DNA from: an uncultured Acidobacteriota bacterium
GTDB lineage: Bacteria > Acidobacteriota > UBA6911 > RPQK01 > JAPXNP01
Reading direction: 5' to 3'
DNA: 64,000 bases
Assembly: GCA_963777605.1 (NCBI GenBank)
Contig: CAVZRV010000027.1
Location: 448,001-512,000, forward strand
Part shown: one piece after another, positions 18,786 through 28,671 of the stretch
Layout: the number at the start of each line of letters is the position of its first letter
How positions within the stretch are numbered: the stretch's first letter is position 1
Notes under the pieces: model-generated
Told to the model about the DNA's origin: nothing
The model's database searches: none
Seen by the model: the letters and a program-made list of their open reading frames with translations, nothing else
Made by a program: the position numbers and the translations under genes

Positions 18786-19646
18786 TTACAGCGCAAAGGA
18801 TTCCTCCTCCGGCAAACTTTGCCCAGTTGACCGGGCAACTCTGTCCACCCGCTCGAGCGAAACAAAGCAATTGGCCCAGCGATCTCCTCTGCCAAGCCGG
18901 GCCCAGAAGGCTTCTTCGTAACGAGCCAACCTGATTTTTCGGGCTCGAGTATTCGCTGCCTCGGAAAGCAAACGCTCAGTGATCTCCCGGGAACTCCGCC
19001 TGGACTGGATCACGACTTCACCGGACGTACTCCGGCGAGATAGATAGTCCCGAATCGCGCGGTCGAATGAACCGTCACCAACGATGAACGCCCGGATGTT
19101 AAGCCCGAGCATCTTCCGGAGAAGATGAACGAGGGCGAGTCGGACGGGACTTCGGGCCGCGATACAGATCACTTTCTCGTTCCTGTCAAAGTCGAAGGGA
19201 AAAACGTTGAAATCTGCACAGAGTTGACGCGGTATCAGCCGGCTCAGCTCACCCGGAATCTGACTTTCGACTATTCCAACCCAGGGGACTCCCTGCTGCT
19301 CACTCAGCGCGGCGGTCAGTGCTTCTTCACTACAGAGACCGCAGCGCAAGATGTGGCTGCCGATCGTTCCACCGTGCTCCGCCTGCGCACTCACGGCTTC
19401 GGCCAACTGGGAACTGGTTATGATGCCTCGCTGGACGAGAATGCTCCCGATCCTGACCCGGTGCTGATAGTCCACTTCCGGGACAAGGTAGTCCAGGCTT
19501 CGGGCCACTGTTGTGCGAAGGCACTCCCTCAGGCAGGCTTCTGAGCAGATCCAATCCTGCTCGAGTTCGAAACCGCGCGGTCCGAACACCCCGAGGAGCG
19601 AACTGCCCTTCGTTTTTGCGCAATAACTACAACGGATATCAGCCAC
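18786..19646 (-). CDS. Standalone MshEN (T2SSE_N) domain protein with N-terminal Cys motif
   Basis: CSYC...WICSEAC, then RIGSILVQRGIITSSQLAEAVSAQ-AEHGG-TIGSHILRCGLCSEEALTAALSEQ. No ATPase domain. Likely GTG start at 19646 overlapping the upstream stop (ORF track 19706). Confidence 0.8.
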   Translation of the reverse strand: MADIRCSYCAKTKGSSLLGVFGPRGFELEQDWICSEACLRECLRTTVARSLDYLVPEVDYQHRVRIGSILVQRGIITSSQLAEAVSAQAEHGGTIGSHILRCGLCSEEALTAALSEQQGVPWVGIVESQIPGELSRLIPRQLCADFNVFPFDFDRNEKVICIAARSPVRLALVHLLRKMLGLNIRAFIVGDGSFDRAIRDYLSRRSTSGEVVIQSRRSSREITERLLSEAANTRARKIRLARYEEAFWARLGRGDRWANCFVSLERVDRVARSTGQSLPEEESFAL

Positions 19647-20100
19647 GTTCCGTCCCTGCCCCAACGAGGTCTTCCCGCAATCCGAGAAGAAGTTCGGTTT
19701 CGCCACGATTCAAGCGGAGTTTTCGAGAGATGTCCCGACTATCCATGCCCATCCGTGCCAGAGCCAGGATCTGATGTCGTTTCTCCAGGCGGTTTCCAAT
19801 CCCACTGGAGGGCACGTCGACACGAGTCCTGGAGCGAAGCTCATTCTCCGCCAGCTCAGCCCGAAGTTGTTCAAAGGCCTCTTTCCGTTCCTTATTGAGG
19901 GCATGGAATCGAGCTTCGAGCTGCGACTTCTCGAGTTCGACAGAGCGGCGAATACGTGCTTCCATCAACTGGACCAAACGCGTGAGATTTTGTTCCTGGC
20001 CGGCACGGGACAATCGGAAAATGATCACCTGGCTGACCGTCAAGATTGCCAACCCAAGCAGCCAGGGGAGAGTCAGACCAAGCCCGTTCAGAGTATCCAT
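19639..20100 (-). CDS. Membrane-anchored coiled-coil protein with C-terminal HTH-like motif (DUF2802/DUF6115-like)
   Basis: N-terminal TM and C-terminal ILALARMGMDSRDISRKLRLNRGETELLLGL. Confidence 0.7.
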   Translation of the reverse strand: MDTLNGLGLTLPWLLGLAILTVSQVIIFRLSRAGQEQNLTRLVQLMEARIRRSVELEKSQLEARFHALNKERKEAFEQLRAELAENELRSRTRVDVPSSGIGNRLEKRHQILALARMGMDSRDISRKLRLNRGETELLLGLREDLVGAGTERG

Positions 20101-20101
20101 G

Positions 20102-20539
20102 CTAAAAACCTCCCAATGAGGCGATGCGATCGACCCGGGCGATGATCTCAGTGATCTCTACCCCGTAATAGCCGTCAACATCCACGACCTTCCCCCATGC
20201 AAACACCTTGTCGTTAACTCTCAGCAGGACTGGATCGCTGGCCGTTTTGTCCAACTCAACTAGTGAGCCGGGGGCCAGTTTCAAAACCTCGGCAAGAGGC
20301 TTCCTGGCGGTTCCAAAACTCACCGTGATCGGCAGTTGCAGATCCAGAATTCGCTGAATGTTTTCCGAGAACTCCTGATGGGAGGCACGCGCATCGTCTT
20401 CGCGGGATTCGGCCCCGCCACCAGACGCGACAGCTTCCCCGGCATCTCCAGCACTGCCCGGAGAGATCGCTTCCATTTCGACTTCCGGATCCTTTGCTTC
20501 GTTATTTTTCATTGTGTTACCTGCTCTTGGTTCGCTCAA
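20102..20539 (-). CDS. fliN: Motor switch protein FliN
   Basis: NIQRILDLQLPITVSFG...LAPGSLVELDK...GKVVDVDGYYGVEITEI (SpoA domain). Confidence 0.9.
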   Translation of the reverse strand: MSEPRAGNTMKNNEAKDPEVEMEAISPGSAGDAGEAVASGGGAESREDDARASHQEFSENIQRILDLQLPITVSFGTARKPLAEVLKLAPGSLVELDKTASDPVLLRVNDKVFAWGKVVDVDGYYGVEITEIIARVDRIASLGGF

Positions 20540-21540
20540 ATTCCCGGCACCATACGTATAGTTCGTCGCTCGTTTGCGATCGCTATTTCTCCACGAAACT
20601 TACAATTTCCGTTAATCGAAACGAGCGCCGGATCGGCCACCAGGTGGTCAAGGGCTATGACATCCCCCGGCTTCAGGTTGATCAACTCTCTCAGCGAGAC
20701 CGAAGTGTCTGAAAGCTTGGCATCGATCACGGTTGAGAACTGCTGGGTATGCTCTTTCATCCGGTTCACCATGGCTACGAGCTGATCCTGACTTTCGATG
20801 ACCCTTTGATGACTGACACTGTCACGGAGAGACTTCAGCAGTCCGCTGGGGATCCCCCAGTAGATCGTCCCATCCGAATTCCCGATCTTCATCGACATGC
20901 GCATCGTCACCATGATTTCGTTCTGGGGGTAAACGCGAAGGAGTCGCGGACGAGTCTCCTTGCCGTCGATCTCGATCTCGACCTCCAAAACTCGACTCCA
21001 TGCCTGGCGCAGTTCCTGGCAGAAGATGGTGATTACGTTCTCGATAATGGCCTGCTCGAGGTCAGTGATCTGAGTCCTGGCTCGGGGAGAACTCAAGCCC
21101 GCCCCGCCGAGCATGACGGCGACGATGCTGGCAACCAGATCCGGCTCCAGACAAACAGCAACATGAAGATTCTGGGGCTGGACCATGAGATACCAGATCG
21201 AAGAGGGTTCCGGCAGGCTCTCGATGAAGTCGCCATAGAAAATCTGTTCGACCTCGTGTAGCCGGAAGGCAACCTGAGTCCGAAGGTTGTTCGAAAAGGA
21301 TGCACTCCCTTTGTGGGCAAAAGCATCAAAGATCAGGGCCAGGGCGGACTCGACTTCTTTGCTGATTTCCGCGGCCTTGGCCATCGGAAACAGGTAGCCT
21401 TCCCGCTCGTCCAGCTCAATCCCCTGCTTCTTGCGCTCTTTCGGTCTCGAAGCCTCCTCCTGTTGTGGAGACTCGTCGTCGCCTCCGACCGCTGAAAGCA
21501 GTGCGCTGATCTCTTCCTGTGAAAGGACCTTCTCGGACAT
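20536..21540 (-). CDS. fliM: Motor switch protein FliM
   Basis: CheY-binding motif VLSQEEISALL and C-terminal SpoA domain LINLKPGDVI. Confidence 0.93.
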   Translation of the reverse strand: MSEKVLSQEEISALLSAVGGDDESPQQEEASRPKERKKQGIELDEREGYLFPMAKAAEISKEVESALALIFDAFAHKGSASFSNNLRTQVAFRLHEVEQIFYGDFIESLPEPSSIWYLMVQPQNLHVAVCLEPDLVASIVAVMLGGAGLSSPRARTQITDLEQAIIENVITIFCQELRQAWSRVLEVEIEIDGKETRPRLLRVYPQNEIMVTMRMSMKIGNSDGTIYWGIPSGLLKSLRDSVSHQRVIESQDQLVAMVNRMKEHTQQFSTVIDAKLSDTSVSLRELINLKPGDVIALDHLVADPALVSINGNCKFRGEIAIANERRTIRMVPGI

Positions 21541-21545
21541 GCTGC

Positions 21546-22322
21546 TTACCTCTTGCTCTCTCTCGATTTCAGCATCGCCTGCAGCTTGGCCCTCATCCGC
21601 AGGACGGCTCTGGTGTGCAGTTGGGAAACGCGAGACTCATTGACGCCCAGGATCTGGCCAATTTCCTTCATGGTCAGTTCCTCTTTGTAGTAGAGACTCA
21701 GAATCAACTGCTCCCGATCCGGCAAGTGCTCGATAACGCGAGCCAGGAGCTCCCGCATCTCCAGCTTGCTCAGTGACTCGTAGGGGGAATCGGTCGGCGA
21801 AATCGGTGAATAACGGATCGGGAGGTTGTCGGCATCGACGCCGTCGGACTCCTCGTCCCCGGTCCTGAAGTGGCCAATCGTGAGCCCATTGAGCTGATCC
21901 AGGAGCGCCTGGAACTCGGCGAGCCCGATTCCCAGTTCACTCGCAACCTCCTCATCCTTTGCCGGGCGACCGAACCGCTGCTCCAGGGATGCGTAGACCT
22001 GTTCAACTTCTCGACTTCGGCTCCGCAGATCACGTGGAGCCCAATCCAGCCCTCGAAGATTGTCGAGAATGGCTCCCCGAATTCTGACACTTGCATAGGT
22101 CTTGAAACTTACCCCCTTGCCCGGATCGAACTTCTCGTACGCATCGAGCAGCCCGATGACACCCGAACTGATCAGGTCCTCGAGCTGAACCTCAGGGGGC
22201 AATCGCATGGCCATCCGCTGTGCGATGTACCGTATTTGAGGGAGGTGCTCGAGGATTACCTCGTTCCGCTCCTGGAAGTGAGACCTCTGGTAGTTTTCCA
22301 ACTTAACTGAGTTTGCAGACAT
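21546..22322 (-). CDS. fliA: Flagellar sigma factor sigma28
   Basis: EDLISSGVIGLLDA, FKTYASVRIRGAILD.LR.LDW.PR, LYYKEELTMKEIG, ESRVSQLH. Confidence 0.97.
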   Translation of the reverse strand: MSANSVKLENYQRSHFQERNEVILEHLPQIRYIAQRMAMRLPPEVQLEDLISSGVIGLLDAYEKFDPGKGVSFKTYASVRIRGAILDNLRGLDWAPRDLRSRSREVEQVYASLEQRFGRPAKDEEVASELGIGLAEFQALLDQLNGLTIGHFRTGDEESDGVDADNLPIRYSPISPTDSPYESLSKLEMRELLARVIEHLPDREQLILSLYYKEELTMKEIGQILGVNESRVSQLHTRAVLRMRAKLQAMLKSRESKR

Positions 22323-22326
22323 AACC

Positions 22327-23214
22327 CTAACCTGCGCTCTCGATGAGACGGCCGATTTCGCTGACTGCGGGCGGTCGCCTCATCAACGACTCCGCGATCT
22401 TCACGAAACTTCGACCAACAAATGATTTCGGATGGGTGATCATCAACGGCGCCTGGCGCCGAACCGATTCCGTGATCTTGACATCTCTTGGAATCGACCC
22501 GAGGAATTCCAGCTGCCTTCCGAGAAAACGTTCGACGACGTGCGCCAGCTGTTTATGAACTTCCTCGGCCTCGACAGAATCTCGTACGGAGTTCACCAGG
22601 AGCAGAACCTCTTTCCCCTGATCCTTGCGGCACAACACCTTGATCAATGCATAGGCGTCCACGATTGCTGTCGGTTCAGGAGCACAGACCACTACCACTC
22701 GGCGCGACGCATTCAACAACCGAATCACGTTGTCGGAAATACCGGCAGCGGTGTCGATCAGGAAGAAGTCGAACTCGCCCAGAAGTTCGTCAAGCTGCTG
22801 AAGAATGATCAGCCTTCGACGCTCACCCATCGAGGTGAGCTCCTGGATCCCGGAGCTGGCCGGGATGATCTGGATCCCTTCCGGCCCGGGAACCATGATC
22901 GAGCGAAGACTTTGCGATCCCTCGATTACATGCCCGAGGTGGTAGGGCGGCGTCAGGCCAAGCTGGACATCCACATTCGCCAACCCGAAATCTCCATCTA
23001 AAACAGCTACTCTCTTGCCGGAACGCCTCAACGCGATGGCAAGATTAACAACGACACAAGTCTTTCCAACGCCTCCTTTTCCGCTGGTTATCGCGACGAC
23101 CTGGCAGGCCGAACCGTTGCGGTTCAGTCCACCGAGGTTCATTCGTTCAACGTGTTTTCTGAGTCCTGTCGCCTGGTCGATCATCATGTTGTTCACCAAT
23201 TTGCTCCGGCTCAT
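22327..23214 (-). CDS. flhG: MinD-like flagellar number regulator FlhG/FleN
   Basis: ITSGKGGVGKT, DGDFGLANVD, IDTAAGI, PEPTAIVDAYALIK. Confidence 0.94.
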   Translation of the reverse strand: MSRSKLVNNMMIDQATGLRKHVERMNLGGLNRNGSACQVVAITSGKGGVGKTCVVVNLAIALRRSGKRVAVLDGDFGLANVDVQLGLTPPYHLGHVIEGSQSLRSIMVPGPEGIQIIPASSGIQELTSMGERRRLIILQQLDELLGEFDFFLIDTAAGISDNVIRLLNASRRVVVVCAPEPTAIVDAYALIKVLCRKDQGKEVLLLVNSVRDSVEAEEVHKQLAHVVERFLGRQLEFLGSIPRDVKITESVRRQAPLMITHPKSFVGRSFVKIAESLMRRPPAVSEIGRLIESAG

Positions 23215-24563
23215 CTCAATGGCACCAGTAGATCCGCAATCGTCGCAGGCGTCGGAACGATAAGGTCCTCGGCGACGTCCTGACCGTTAGTGAGGTAAGA
23301 AATTGGACGGTCCGAACGTACCGTCTCGTTGAGGATGGCTCCAAAGCTGGAGGACTCATCCAGTTTCGTGAATACGACCCGGTCCGGCTTGAAAGCCCCG
23401 AAACAGGCCACGATTTCGCGAAGATCGTCCTGGCGCGTCGTGCAACTCAAGACCAGGTGCTTCTGGATCTTCGAGTGATCCCTGACATACGAGGAGAGTT
23501 CGCCGTAGTCGGCGATCCGCTTGTGACTGTGACCGGTCGTGTCGATCAGGAGGATTTCGTCATTTGAAGCGGACGAGACCTCCTTTTCCATCTCATCGAT
23601 GGAAAAGACCACCTTGACCGGGATGCCGATGATATCTCCGTACGTCCGAAGCTGTTCCGTAGCGGCAACCCGGTAGGTGTCAAACGTCAACAGTTTGACG
23701 TGCCGGCGATCCTTCAGGGCGAACCGAGCCGCCAGCTTGGCAATCGTTGTGGTCTTTCCGACCCCGGTCGGCCCGATGAAGATGCACGCCTTGGCGAGTT
23801 CGTCCTTGCCGATGGGTGCCGTCCGGACCATTCGGCCCACGGCTTTGTTGAGGCGAATGCGCAACCGCTCATCGAAGTCTCCGTCAACGGGGCAGTTTCG
23901 AATGATGTCCCGGATCATCAGGAAGGCCAGGCTCTCCTCAACTCCCTCCTGGATCAGCGAGTGAAATTCCGTGTACGCGCTTTTGCGCCACTCAAGACCC
24001 TGGTCTTCTCCCTGCCAGATCAAGTCCTGGAATCCGGACGCCACGTTCGCATCCCGCAGGAACAGGCTGCTGATCGCATCGTTTGCCCGCTGGTGGCTGA
24101 CCAGGCGGATCAGGCTCTGAATTTCGTCGCTGAGCCGATTGAACTGCTCTTGCCACTTCTGATCTGCCTTCCCGTGATGAAGGGGAGTAAACTCTGCAGC
24201 GGGTTCAACCTGAGCCGCCGGAAACTTCTTGGGCGCAGGCGGAGTGTCCGCTATTTCATAGGTTTCGAGCGCCGGCTTCTTCGACGCCCTGTCTGCCTTC
24301 CTGGAACCGGCATTGTCCCGGGGCAGAAGTGTCGGCGAGGTTTCTGCGGCGCTGGATCCCTCCAACCTGTCCGCATCCTCGTCGAGAACGACCGGGTCGG
24401 CCGCGGCGGTGATCTCGTAAGCCATCGACGGCAATAAGCCCCAAAGCCGTTTTTTGACCGTCCGGTTGGTCTTGAGGATGACCGCTCCAGGCCCCAGGTC
24501 TTTTTGGATCATCTTGAGGGCCTCGGGAACCGAGTCAGAAGTATAGGTCTTGATTCTCATCAT
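23211..24563 (-). CDS. flhF: SRP-family GTPase FlhF
   Basis: MRIKTY, GPTGVGKTTTIAKLAA, DTYRVAA, TKLDE, NGQDVAEDL. Confidence 0.95.
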   Translation of the reverse strand: MMRIKTYTSDSVPEALKMIQKDLGPGAVILKTNRTVKKRLWGLLPSMAYEITAAADPVVLDEDADRLEGSSAAETSPTLLPRDNAGSRKADRASKKPALETYEIADTPPAPKKFPAAQVEPAAEFTPLHHGKADQKWQEQFNRLSDEIQSLIRLVSHQRANDAISSLFLRDANVASGFQDLIWQGEDQGLEWRKSAYTEFHSLIQEGVEESLAFLMIRDIIRNCPVDGDFDERLRIRLNKAVGRMVRTAPIGKDELAKACIFIGPTGVGKTTTIAKLAARFALKDRRHVKLLTFDTYRVAATEQLRTYGDIIGIPVKVVFSIDEMEKEVSSASNDEILLIDTTGHSHKRIADYGELSSYVRDHSKIQKHLVLSCTTRQDDLREIVACFGAFKPDRVVFTKLDESSSFGAILNETVRSDRPISYLTNGQDVAEDLIVPTPATIADLLVPLR

Positions 24564-26637
24564 GCAACTTCTCCCAGGCTGACGAGCTTGACGTGCGGTG
24601 GAATTTCGTTGTGCGAGAGCACGACCAGATTGCTCATCAGATGCTCAATGAATCGGCGGACATTCAGCCGGATATTGCTCGGGACCAGCAGGATCGGGTA
24701 GCCGTCGTAGGTCTTCTCGGCGACGGCCTTCTGAAGCTTGGTCAGAATGGCACGCGCCTGGCCCGGATCCAGTGACAGGTAGTTGTCCAGTTCGGTGACG
24801 GTAATCGCGTTCGAGAACGCGCTCTCCAGTTCGCGGGACAGGGTTATAACCTTCATGTCGCCCGCCTCGGAGATCAGGGACTGACAGATGGACCGGCCCA
24901 GCGACTGGCGGGCGTACTCGGTCAGCAGAGTGATGTTCTTGGTTCGCGGAGCGAAGTCCGCGAGAGTCTCCAGGATAGTCTCCATGTCGCGGATTGAGAC
25001 TCGTTCCCGGAGGAGGTTCTGCAGCACTTTCTGAACCTCTCCGACCGACATGACACCGGGAATGAGTTCTTCGACAACTTTGGGGTGAGATTCGTTTACG
25101 GTGTCGATGAGCGTTTTGACTTCCTGCCGGCTTAGGAGTTCGTGGAGCACACTCTTGATCATCTCGGTGAGGTGCGTCGATAGCACGGTCGTGTTCTCAA
25201 CGACAGTGAAGCCGGCAAGTTGGGCTTTTTCGCGATGCTCGGGACGAACCCACAAGGCATCGAGTTTGAAGGCCGGTTCCTTGGTCGGGATGCCGTCCAC
25301 CTTTTCCGTTGTGCCACCGGGGTGAATTGCCATTAAATGGCCTGGCATCAGTTCACTCCGTGCAACCTCCACGCCCTTCAGCAGAATGCGATACTCCCTG
25401 GGTTTGAGTTGGAGGTTGTCGGTGATGTGAATGGGCGGAATGAGGACTCCCAGTTCAGTCGCCAACTGGCGTCGAATCGATTTGACATGGGACAGGAAAT
25501 CTCCCCCGGGTTTGTTCTCAACAAGGTGAATGAGTTGGTAGCCCAACTCCAGGCCAAGAGGATCAACCTTGAGGAGTCGTTCAACGCGTTCCTCCCCCGC
25601 TTCTTCCCCGGTTCTTCAACTTGCTCCACCAGTTGAGCCTGCGCCCGCCGTCTCTTGATGATTACGCCCCCCAGACCTGCCATAACCATACTCATGATGA
25701 AGAAAGTGACGAAAGGAAGACCGGGGACAATGGCAACCAACATCAGAACGCCGGCACCAATCACCAACGGCTTGGGATCAGAGAAAACCTGGTTCGAGAC
25801 CTCCTCACCCAAGGCGGCATGGGAGGCTGCCCGCGTCGTCATGATACCGCCGGTGACTGAAATCAGCAGTGCTGGTATGGCAGACACCAGACCGTCACCG
25901 ATCGTCAGGATCGTGTAGGTCTTCAACGCACTCATGAGAGGCAAGCCATGAGTCACAACACCAATGAGAAATCCAGCGATGATGTTTATGACCACAATGA
26001 TCATACTGGCGATGGAATCACGCTTGGTAAACCGGACAGCACCATCCATCGCGCCGTAGAACTCGGCCTCCCGAGAGACCTTGGTCCTGCGCTCCCTGGC
26101 CTGCTCTTCGCCGATTAGTCCAGCGTTCAGGTCGGCATCAATGCTCATCTGCTTGCCAGGCATCGCGTCAAGGGTGAAGCGCGCGGTCACTTCCGAAATT
26201 CGGACGGCTCCATGATTGATGACAATGAACTGGATAGCGAGCAAGACCAGAAAAACCACGCATCCAACAACGTAGTTTCCGCCAACCACAAACTGTCCGA
26301 AGGACTCAATAACGGCACCCGCTGCGGAGACTCCCTGGCTTCCGTCGAGAAGGATGAGCCGGGTGCTGGCAACATTGAGGGCCAACCGGTAGAGCGTCAC
26401 CAGCAAGAGAACCGTCGGGAAAATGGAGAATTCGACGGGTTCAATGATGTAGAGGGAGAGCAACAAGAGGACGATGGAGATCGTGACATTGGTAGCGATC
26501 AGCAAGTCCAGCACGAAGGAGGGGACGGGGATCATCATGACCGCAATGATCAGAACCACAGCCAGACCGATCCCCAGATCGCTGCGGGTGGCGCCGATCA
26601 GGTTTGACACGGGCAATTGGGCCATTTTCGTACTCAT
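24560..26637 (-). CDS. flhA: Flagellar export gate FlhA (one frameshift near 25594-25609)
   Basis: N-part has ARFTLDAMPGKQMSIDADL and FYGAMDGA; C-part begins VDPLGLELGYQL. Adding one G in the G4/G5 runs gives a ~692-aa protein. Confidence 0.93.
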
Positions 26638-26685
26638 GTCAGTTGATCAATTCTCGTCTCATGCTTTCCCATTCCCCCCTCCTTA

Positions 26686-26702
26686 AGCAAGTGGCATTCC
26701 AC
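26686..26702 (-). promoter_or_regulatory. Sigma54 promoter of flhA operon
   Basis: GTGGAAT-GCCAC-TTGCT, with an AT-rich IHF-like tract (26708-26732) and UAS (26765-26780) upstream. Confidence 0.75.
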
Positions 26703-26818
26703 ATAAGAACAGTGTTGATTTAAAAGAACTTACCAAAGAGCAGGCTCAGAGATCGCCTTCAATCCGGCATTCCTCTGACGGTCGGTGACAGGTTTTGTGC
26801 GGATGATTGACGGTCAGC

Positions 26819-27885
26819 TCAGTGATAGCTGTTCTTCTTGAGCTTGTAGACGTAAGCGAGGATCTGGGCGACCGCCCGGTACAACTGCAGTGGGACCTCG
26901 TCCCCGATCTCCACCGTGCGGTAAAGAGTCCTGGCCAAATCCCTGTTTTCGACAAGCGGGACCTTGTGTTCCTCGGCCACTTTGCGAATTCTCAGGGCCA
27001 GATAGTCGGCACCCTTGGCGACGACTTCTGGTGCGGCCATACTCTCCATGTCAAACTTGAGAGCGACTGCGAAATGAGTGGGGTTGGTGATGACTACATC
27101 TGCTTCCTGCGACGGCAGACATCATGCGTCTACGAGCCATCTCAAACTGGAGTCTTCGGATCCGGCTCTTGATGGCCGGATTCCCTTCCGTGTCCTTGTG
27201 CTCGTCCTTGACCTCCTGGGAGGTCATCTTCAGATTCTCTTCGTGCTGGTGGCGTTGAAAGAGGTAATCCGCGGCGGCTAATCACTGCGAGAATGACCGC
27301 GATCTTGATGCAGATCGAGTAGACAAGCTCCCCCCAAACGGAGAGGATCGACACTAGCTCCATCGACGGGAGCAGGCTGATCTGGTCAACGTTGTCTCTG
27401 AGGGCCGCCCACGCTACGTATGAAAGAATGGCAACGACGGCCACCGACTTGGCTAACTGGACCAGGCTGCTCTTGGAAAGAATCTTCTTCGCGTTGCTGG
27501 CAGGGTTGAGTTTGTTAAACTTGGGAATAAGCTTTTCCCCGTTGATGGCCACTCCCCCCTGAGCGGCCACGAGGCTCACAGAAGTCACCAGAATCAGCCC
27601 CAGGAGAGGCCCGGCAATTGCGATCATCAACCACCCAGCTTTGGTGAACAGTTCCAGGACATTGGCGCTGGTGATCGGATCGCTGATTCCCCTCCCCCAG
27701 AAGACTCGGAACGGCTCCTGGAGGCGGTCAAGGATACTGTGCCCCTCATAACCCAAATACAGGACAGCAAATAGAAACGTCACGGCATACGGTACTTCCC
27801 GACTTCGCGCAACCTGCCCTTTATCGCGCGCCTGTTGCCGTCTTTGGCCTGTTGCTTTATGTTTGCGATCTTCTTTGTCCGACAT
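26819..27885 (-). CDS. flhB: Flagellar export switch FlhB (two frameshifts, near 27280 and 27106)
   Basis: [13 protein letters not shown]; middle frame DYLFQR...[26 protein letters not shown]; last frame [15 protein letters not shown]...[10 protein letters not shown]. Removing two bases gives ~354 aa. Confidence 0.92.
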
Positions 27886-27888
27886 CGG

Positions 27889-28668
27889 TCAACCCCTGAG
27901 CAGTCGGAGGTACTCCTGCAGTGTCGAGCCCAAGCTCCCAACCTCCTGCCCAATAGCGGGGATGAGAATGTACGCCAAGCCTATCAGCATGATGTATCCG
28001 ATCAACGACTTGGCTGCCATTCCAAGGAGCAGAATAGGAATCTGGGGAGCCGTCTTTCCCAGGACCCCAAACAGAACGTCTACAACGAACAGTACTACGA
28101 GAAAGGGCGCCGCCAACTTCACTCCGATTGCGAACATCCCGGCCGAGGATAAAACCAACTGCTCGATGAGTGAGCCGGAGATCTCCAGTCCCGTGATGTT
28201 GAGCCTGTAACTCTCCACGACCGCCTGGAGCAGCCAGTGGTGAGCGTTGAGCACGAGGAAGAGAACGAGACCCACCAGATTGAGAAAGGTTGACAGAAAC
28301 GGTGCCTGAACCTGTGTTTGGGGATCCACCATCTGAATGAACCCAAATCCGATCTGGAATCCCATCAAATGCCCGGCAATCTCGAAGACACCAAAGACCA
28401 TTTTTGCGACAAGCCCGAGCAGCAAACCCAATAGCAACTCTCGGACCAAGTCCATGGTATAGCCGATCATCCCGGCAGAAGGCGCACCGTAGCACTGCTG
28501 AGCGAGCGGGCAGAGTATCCAGGTGAGAATCAGCGCCAGAACCGTCCTTAGCACAGCTGGGACTGTCCCGCTGCCATAGAAAGGCGCAAAGGTCACAAGG
28601 CCGCCGACTCGAGCGAGAGTCAGGCCAAAGGCCGCCAGGTATTGGATGGAAAACTCATAGAGCGGCAT
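27889..28668 (-). CDS. fliR: Export protein FliR
   Basis: ARVGGL..FAPF, AGHLMGFQIGFG..DP, HHWLL, KLAAP, KTAPQ. Confidence 0.94.
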   Translation of the reverse strand: MPLYEFSIQYLAAFGLTLARVGGLVTFAPFYGSGTVPAVLRTVLALILTWILCPLAQQCYGAPSAGMIGYTMDLVRELLLGLLLGLVAKMVFGVFEIAGHLMGFQIGFGFIQMVDPQTQVQAPFLSTFLNLVGLVLFLVLNAHHWLLQAVVESYRLNITGLEISGSLIEQLVLSSAGMFAIGVKLAAPFLVVLFVVDVLFGVLGKTAPQIPILLLGMAAKSLIGYIMLIGLAYILIPAIGQEVGSLGSTLQEYLRLLRG

Positions 28669-28671
28669 TGT

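Noticed and set aside
25590-25612. Programmed ribosomal frameshift in flhA (and in the other split genes)
   Set aside because: No X-XXY-YYZ slippery heptamer or consistent direction. The mix of +1 and -1 events at short runs fits indel errors better.
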